From: Tubiluchus corallicola
Lineage: Eukaryota; Animalia; Priapulida
Assembly (NCBI GenBank): GCA_030141605.1
Contig: JAQGDQ010001748.1
Location: 1-26,919, forward strand
Length of the DNA: 26,919 nucleotides
Reading direction: 5' to 3'
The position numbers were made by a program, and so were the translations under genes. This document shows positions 23,601 through 26,919 of the stretch, in pieces. The stretch's first letter is position 1; the number at the start of each line of letters is the position of its first letter. Under the pieces are notes generated by a model, which saw nothing but the letters and a program-made list of their open reading frames with translations, was not told the DNA's origin and searched no databases.

Positions 23601-26600
23601 CCTCCTCCTACACCCCCTGTAATTCATCTTCTGACTTCTCCGCACTCATGCTACTCTCCCCTTCTCCTACACCCCCTGTAATTCATCTTCTGACTTCTCC
23701 GCACTCATGCTGCACTCCCCTTCTCCGACACCCCCTGTAATTCATCTTCTGACTTCTCTGCACTCATGCTGCTCTCCCCTTCTCCTACACCCTGTAATTC
23801 ATCTTCTGACTCTCCGCACTCATGCTGCACTCCCTTCTCCGACACCCCTGTAATTCATCTTCTGACTTCTGCACCATGCTGCTCTCCTTCTCCTACACCC
23901 CTGTAATTCATCTTCTGACTTCTCCGCACTCATGCTGCTCTTCCCTTCTCCTACACCCCCTGTAATTCATCTTCTGACTTCTCCGCACTCATGCTGCTCT
24001 CCCCTTCTCCTACACCCCCTGTAATTCATCTTCTGACTTCTCTGCACTCATGCTGCTCTCCCCTTCTTCTCCTACACCCCTGTAATTCATCTTCTGGCTT
24101 CCCTGCACTCATGCTGCTCTCCCCTTCTCCTACACCCCCTGTAATTCATCTTCTGGCTTCCCTGCACTCATGCTGCTCTCCCCTTCTCCTACACCCCTGT
24201 AATTCATCTTCTGACTTCTCCGCACTCATGCTGCTCTCCCCTTCTCCTACACCCCCTGTAATTCATCTTCTGACTTCTCCGCACTCATGCTGCTCTCCCC
24301 TTCTCCTACACCCCCTGTAATTCATCTTCTGACTTCTCCGCACTCATGCTGCTCTCGAATTATGTTGTAAACGTAATTAATTTTTGCTTTTACCCTGTAA
24401 AATGTGTATTTTAAGGAGACAAATAAAAATTGTCTATGTCTATGTCTAATAATTAGTTCTTGAAGTTTGTGTGACATCATTCGTGTTAAACATCTATTTA
24501 CAAATATGCACAAATGAATGAATTACTAATGCTTTTTCATCGACTCACCTCTCGAAAGAGGATTTCGTACAATGGCCAAACTCTCACTCGAATCAGATTT
24601 TCGCCAAAGACGATCCTCCTGCAAATGAGAAATGTTTTATGAAAGTCCCTTCTTGCTTTCAGTCAATAGTTAAAAAACACGGGGATCTTTCATAGCATGT
24701 AAACGCTGACTATTTTGCACAGTGAGAAACAGGCTTTCAGTCAATAGTTAAAAAACATGGGTATCTTTCATAGCCTGTAAATGCTGACTATTTTGCACAG
24801 TGAGAAACAAGCTTTCAATCAATGGTTAAAAAACATGGGTATCTTTCATAGCCTGTAAATGCTGACTATTTTGCACAGTGAGAAACAAGCTTTCAATCAA
24901 TGGTTAAAAAACATGGGTATCTTTCACAGCCTGTAAACGCTGACCATTTTGCACAGTGAGAAACAGGCTTTCAGTCAATAGTTAAAAAACACGGGTATCT
25001 TTCATAGCCTGTAAATGCTGACAATTTTGCACAGTGAGAAACAGGCTTTCAGTCAATAGTTAAAAAACACGGGTATCTTTCATAGCCTGTAAATGCTGAC
25101 AATTTTGCACAGTGAGAAACAGACTTTCAGTCAATGGTTAAAAAACACGGGTATCTTTCACAGCCTGTAAACGCTGACCATTTTGCACAGTGAGAAACAG
25201 GCTTTCAGTCAATAGTTAAAAAACACGGGTATCTTTCATAGCCTGTAAATGCTGACAATTTTGCACAGTGAGAAACAGACTTTCAGTCAATGGTTAAAAA
25301 ACACGGGTATCTTTCATAGCCTGTAAATGCTGACAATTTTGCACAGTGAGAAACAGGCACTGCTATGAGTGAGTCGGTATGGTTATATTCCTGCAGCAAT
25401 GAAAAACTTACAAAATTCAACTTAGCAATATTTTGAACCATGGTCCAAAATTGGCTTCAGTTTGCCTATAAAGGTCATGCACAAATAAGCATAATGTGAT
25501 GAAAGCATTTGTAGGAATGCAGCTCAGTATTTACTGACGACTGAATCTACACAATAGTTGACAAATAGAAACATTTTTATGTATTTCTCACTGTAATAAT
25601 ATTTACATAAGCCTAACTAAAAGAAGCCATACCTATTAGCTTGTTCACCCGGCGTGAGACCATTGCACATGTAGAAATAAGAGCATGGTACCCCACCAGA
25701 ATCTAACGTTCTGAAATAATAAGCATAGTAATGAGAACGACGACGACGATGGTGGCGGTGATAATTATGATAACGACAATGATAGTAACTACTGAAAATC
25801 TCGTAAACAAGATTACACTCAACAATGAATGAAATTCTACGGAGTATTTTTACTAATCATGGCCTCTTTAACACAAATAAATATTTGGACAAGAGAAATC
25901 AACAAGAAAGGTTATAGGAAGCACAGCATTGGCAAGCCAAAGACGAAGAAACAACAATGGCTTTGCACGCCATTGTTTTCCAAGCAAGAGAAGAAACAAC
26001 AATGGCTTTGCATGCCATTGTTTTCCACGCAAGAGAAGAAACAACAATGGCTTTGCACGCCATTGTTTTCCAAGCAAGAGAAGAAACAACGATGGCTTTG
26101 CACGCCATTGTTTTCCAAGCAAGAGAAGAAACAACAATGGCTTTGCACGCCATTGTTTTCCAAGCAAGAGTTTCACCAAACGGAATCTGACACTAAACTG
26201 TAGCCAATCATCTTGGTGGAGCTCTTTTTAAAAGAGTTTTGTCACACCTTGTAAAGTGTTCATCTTCTCTTTCCAAAGAACATTAGCTCTCTCTCACACA
26301 CAAGTGAAGCACTGCAGGATTTTTGTACATAGGACTCAGGCAAAATTTTAAAAAAATCGGATAGATATGTTTGAAGATAAATGAGCGAAGCTGTCTACGA
26401 ATTCTAGACAAACCTGCTACATACACTGTCAAACTTAGTACCAAACCATTACCAGAATTATAATGTTTGTTAATAATAAAGATATAACCATTTGAACCAT
26501 CACAACATCAGACTAAAGTGTAGCAACTCTTCAACGATCACACTACTTCACAATGATGTAACCACCTGAGTAACTGAAAACTCTGCGACTCCGGCTCCCA

Positions 26601-26660
26601 GATGTAGCGGACTTTCTTGTTTTGAAAATACCGCATTTTTGGCACTGGCAAGAAATTTCC
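2510..26660 (-). CDS. ATP13A3: Multi-exon P5B-type ATPase gene (ATP13A2/3/4/5 family, probable polyamine transporter), partial at both ends; one frameshifted exon, so possibly a pseudogenised copy or an assembly error
   Basis: 18 GT-AG exons splice to a P-type ATPase with [33 protein letters not shown] (PPALP is P5B, PPELP would be P5A), [38 protein letters not shown] and [10 protein letters not shown]. The symbol is family-level only; the exact vertebrate orthologue cannot be resolved. Confidence 0.95.
3587..3739 (-). CDS. ATP13A3: P5B ATPase exon (P domain): [50 protein letters not shown](R)
   Basis: ORF 3511-3726; gtatttttag acceptor, gtcagt donor, 153 nt; GDGANDC motif. Confidence 0.97.
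3736..4658 (-). repeat. 60/61-bp minisatellite, about 15 units, each containing the 3' splice site of exon 3587-3739
   Basis: Sense-strand unit ends cgtgtatttttag|ttac; the last unit provides the real acceptor (ag|TTACAAC). Confidence 0.97.
3765..5230 (-). repeat. Right arm of the large inverted duplication (intronic)
   Basis: Reverse complement of 1-1460, with about 7 differences counted in the roughly 580-bp unique part. Confidence 0.97.
5477..5995. mobile_element. Non-autonomous hAT-like element (MITE), about 519 bp
   Basis: TIR CAGGGATGAGAAT / ATTCCCATCCCTG (1 mismatch); 8-bp flanks aatgttat (5469-5476) and aatgtaat (5996-6003), 7/8 match. Confidence 0.8.
6132..6211 (-). CDS. ATP13A3: P5B ATPase exon: [26 protein letters not shown](G)
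   Basis: catttag acceptor, gtgaga donor, 80 nt; ARMSPEQK motif. Confidence 0.96.
6477..7612. repeat. 67-bp minisatellite, about 17 units
   Basis: Unit gatagatagtttattgacatatggccaacagggctgatcaaaacaaaaataaacatttcatacaata, with a few shorter variants. Confidence 0.97.
8002..8139 (-). CDS. ATP13A3: P5B ATPase exon: [46 protein letters not shown]
   Basis: ttttgtag acceptor, gtacgt donor, 138 nt; HFALTGxxF motif. Confidence 0.92.
8172..8350. repeat. Two-copy direct duplication, period about 96 bp, just upstream of an acceptor
   Basis: gcttaataacaaaatgcag(a/g)aagttatacatta...aatctatttgctaaga occurs at 8172 and 8268. Confidence 0.85.
8751..8905 (-). CDS. ATP13A3: P5B ATPase exon: [52 protein letters not shown]
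   Basis: ORF 8709-8933; ccaacag acceptor, gtaagt donor, 155 nt; TGDN motif. Confidence 0.94.
9456..9580 (-). CDS. ATP13A3: P5B ATPase exon: [41 protein letters not shown](G)
   Basis: ttttgtag acceptor, gtgatg donor, 125 nt; [12 protein letters not shown] and TVMITG motifs. Confidence 0.96.
9885..9978. repeat. Short degenerate 14-bp tandem repeat
   Basis: (tgtcttaatatacg)n, about 6 imperfect copies. Confidence 0.75.
10255..10372 (-). CDS. ATP13A3: P5B ATPase exon: [39 protein letters not shown](R)
   Basis: ttttgcag acceptor, gtgagt donor, 118 nt; YTxxGYRVIAL motif. Confidence 0.95.
10835..10963 (+). mobile_element. Probable 3' tail of a non-LTR retroposon (CR1/L2-like)
   Basis: Stem-loop ggtgagtgt..gaccgtatggtc..acactgacc, then AATAAA (10943) and (ttcatag)2. 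Confidence 0.5.
11215..11368 (-). CDS. ATP13A3: P5B ATPase exon (N domain): [51 protein letters not shown]
   Basis: ORF 11195-11383; ttttcag acceptor, gtacgt donor; FxFSSxLQRMSV and KGAPE motifs. Confidence 0.96.
12725..12850 (+). mobile_element. Probable 3' tail of a non-LTR retroposon (CR1/L2-like); the relic may extend upstream
   Basis: Stem-loop gggcagg..gaccctatggtc..cctgccc, then AATAAA (12828) and (ctatgt)2. Confidence 0.55.
13088..13567 (+). mobile_element. Full-length hAT (Charlie-like) MITE, 480 bp
   Basis: Perfect 16-bp TIR CAGGGGTGTGCAAATT / AATTTGCACACCCCTG; perfect 8-bp TSD aattaggg (13080-13087, 13568-13575); subterminal GCGGCCCG motifs. Confidence 0.93.
14234..15456 (-). repeat. 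46-bp minisatellite, about 26 units, starting at the 5' splice site of exon 15457-15549
   Basis: Sense-strand unit gtaagtttacgcttgtcttacttaagtactactgatgtttag(a/g)t(a/g)a. Confidence 0.97.
15457..15549 (-). CDS. ATP13A3: P5B ATPase exon: [31 protein letters not shown]
   Basis: gtatttag acceptor, gtaagt donor, 93 nt; LEEP...PTVVxPP pattern. Confidence 0.93.
15819..15885 (+). repeat. Short degenerate TTAGGG-like tract
   Basis: attaggattagggttag...ggattagggttataattaggattaaggttt. Confidence 0.5.
15937..16143 (-). CDS. ATP13A3: P5B ATPase exon: [13 protein letters not shown]...[29 protein letters not shown]
   Basis: ORF 15874-16158; cttcag acceptor, gtaagt donor, 207 nt; completes DKTGT; GDPLDLKMF motif. 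Confidence 0.97.
16997..17368 (-). mobile_element. Second, inverted, truncated and internally deleted copy of the hAT MITE at 13088-13567
   Basis: Begins CAGGGGTGTGCAAATTATCTGACTAGCCGGGC (reverse complement of the 13567 end) and stays similar to about ttgacaaacctcttcgcg; the other TIR is absent. Confidence 0.9.
17523..17723 (-). CDS. ATP13A3: P5B ATPase exon (TM4 to DK): [67 protein letters not shown]
   Basis: ttttcag acceptor, gtacga donor, 201 nt; PPALP motif and phosphorylated Asp (CFDK). Confidence 0.97.
17860..18005 (-). CDS. ATP13A3: P5B ATPase exon (TM3): [49 protein letters not shown]
   Basis: ORF 17848-18072; ttttcag acceptor, gtaacc donor; GFxTSKGxLVRSI motif. Confidence 0.96.
19093..19198 (-). 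CDS. ATP13A3: P5B ATPase exon with internal deletion and frameshift: [15 protein letters not shown]... / ...[19 protein letters not shown](G)
   Basis: gtccag acceptor, gtgagt donor; 106 nt where a multiple of 3 is required; the two conserved halves are in different frames; entry frame stops at TGA 19122-19124. Confidence 0.9.
19515..19969. mobile_element. Tc1/mariner-superfamily (Tc2/pogo-like) MITE, 455 bp
   Basis: Perfect 29-bp TIR CCGTATTTTCCCGTGTATAAGAGACCCTT; TA TSD at 19513-19514 and 19970-19971; internal repeats of TGTATAAGAGACCC. Confidence 0.93.
19970..20535 (-). repeat. 30/31-bp alternating (61-bp higher-order) minisatellite, about 18 monomers, abutting the donor of exon 20536-20667
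   Basis: Plus-strand monomers cttgttaactatattcactacaagcatact (A) and cttgttaactatgcttactcgctggcatact (B), mostly ABAB. Confidence 0.96.
20536..20667 (-). CDS. ATP13A3: P5B ATPase exon (A domain): [44 protein letters not shown](G)
   Basis: (tttg)n tttatag acceptor, gtgaac donor, 132 nt; LVPGD and VNESMLTG motifs. Confidence 0.96.
21332..21533 (-). CDS. ATP13A3: P5B ATPase exon (TM1-TM2): [67 protein letters not shown]
   Basis: Matches ORF 21264-21539; ttgcag acceptor, gtaact donor; PFYxFQ and WxxDEY motifs. Confidence 0.95.
21839..22105. repeat. 78-bp minisatellite, about 3.5 units (same family as 24655-25358)
   Basis: Unit atctttcatagcctgtaaatgctgaatattttgcacagtgagaaacaggctttcagtcaatggttaaaaaacacgggt. 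Confidence 0.95.
22106..22386. repeat. 45-bp minisatellite with interspersed 19-bp subunits, about 5 units
   Basis: gtctacaatccacataagtgtgggcatccaggatgagtggaggaa plus tctacaaatccacatatg subrepeats. Confidence 0.92.
22594..24356. repeat. 59-bp pyrimidine-rich minisatellite, about 30 units
   Basis: Unit ctcatgctgctctccccttctcctacaccccctgtaattcatcttctgacttctccgca. Confidence 0.97.
24549..24618 (-). CDS. ATP13A3: P5B ATPase exon: [23 protein letters not shown]
   Basis: tttgcag acceptor, gtgagt donor, 70 nt; FGxNxI motif preceding TM1. Confidence 0.92.
24655..25358. repeat. 78-bp minisatellite, about 9 units
   Basis: Same unit and orientation as 21839-22105; internal inverted repeat agcctgt...acaggct. 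Confidence 0.96.
25633..25710 (-). CDS. ATP13A3: P5B ATPase exon: [25 protein letters not shown](R)
   Basis: tatttcag acceptor, gtatgg donor, 78 nt, phase 2 to 2; LD..C....GL pattern. Confidence 0.88.
25945..26170. repeat. 45-bp hairpin-containing minisatellite, 5 units
   Basis: Unit gaagaaacaacaatggctttgcacgccattgttttccaagcaaga; 9-bp stem aacaatggc/gccattgtt. Confidence 0.96.
26566..26660 (-). CDS. ATP13A3: P5B ATPase exon (N-terminal domain): [31 protein letters not shown](R)
   Basis: tttgtgcag acceptor, AG|gtggtt donor; RYF...RYIW pattern of ATP13A proteins; 95 nt, phase fits the next exon. Confidence 0.85.
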
Positions 26661-26919
26661 CTGCACAAACAAAAAACCAACAAAAATGAACGCCACGGTG
26701 TTCTAACAGTAATAATAAAAAGCACTGGGCCTATTAAACAGCCCTATTTCTTAAGTAAAGACATATTAATAATGCAAATTATATGAAATAATTATATTTT
26801 AATCTAAGCTAACACGCATTCAGTTGCACTTTTATTTATTATTACCCAGGCCTGACGCTGCTTAACTTTCACAGCTGAGTACACACCGAGAGCACCCACA
26901 AATACGACACTTACATTTC

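Noticed and set aside
22099-24320. ORFs 22099-22407, 22118-22312, 23000-23209 and 23991-24320
   Set aside because: Translations of the 45-bp and 59-bp minisatellites; frames shift between units.
570-26170. CRISPR-like appearance of the regularly spaced repeats
   Set aside because: Units are head-to-tail with no unique spacers, there are no cas genes, and the context is a spliceosomal eukaryotic gene.
25829-26231. Six overlapping ORFs of 77-124 aa
   Set aside because: Explained by a stop-free 45-bp tandem repeat inside an intron.
26909-26919. Possible end of an upstream exon (GAAAT|gtaagt) at the window edge
   Set aside because: Plausible donor, but only 5 exonic bases are visible, too few to call.

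Overview
AT-rich eukaryotic (animal-like, probably invertebrate) genomic DNA. The window lies inside one minus-strand, intron-rich gene for a P5B-type ATPase (ATP13A2/3/4/5 family, polyamine-transporter type). I traced 18 GT-AG exons by hand (26660 down to 2510, about 2350 coding nt) carrying WxxDEY, TGES, PPALP, DK|TGT, KGAPE, TG|DN and GDGANDC. The N-terminus and the TM6-TM10 exons are not in the window. Exon phases are consistent except at 19093-19198, where an internal deletion removes the conserved HxLFCGT segment and shifts the frame. The introns contain about 11 minisatellite arrays, hAT and Tc1/mariner MITEs, and retroposon 3' tails. Positions 1-1460 are a near-identical inverted copy of 3765-5230. 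The most unusual signal is that three arrays start exactly at a real splice site and their repeat unit is a copy of that exon-intron junction, giving 15-26 tandem decoy splice sites each, including about 10 AG|GTRAGT recursive-splice-like motifs. All alignments and counts were done by eye and are approximate.
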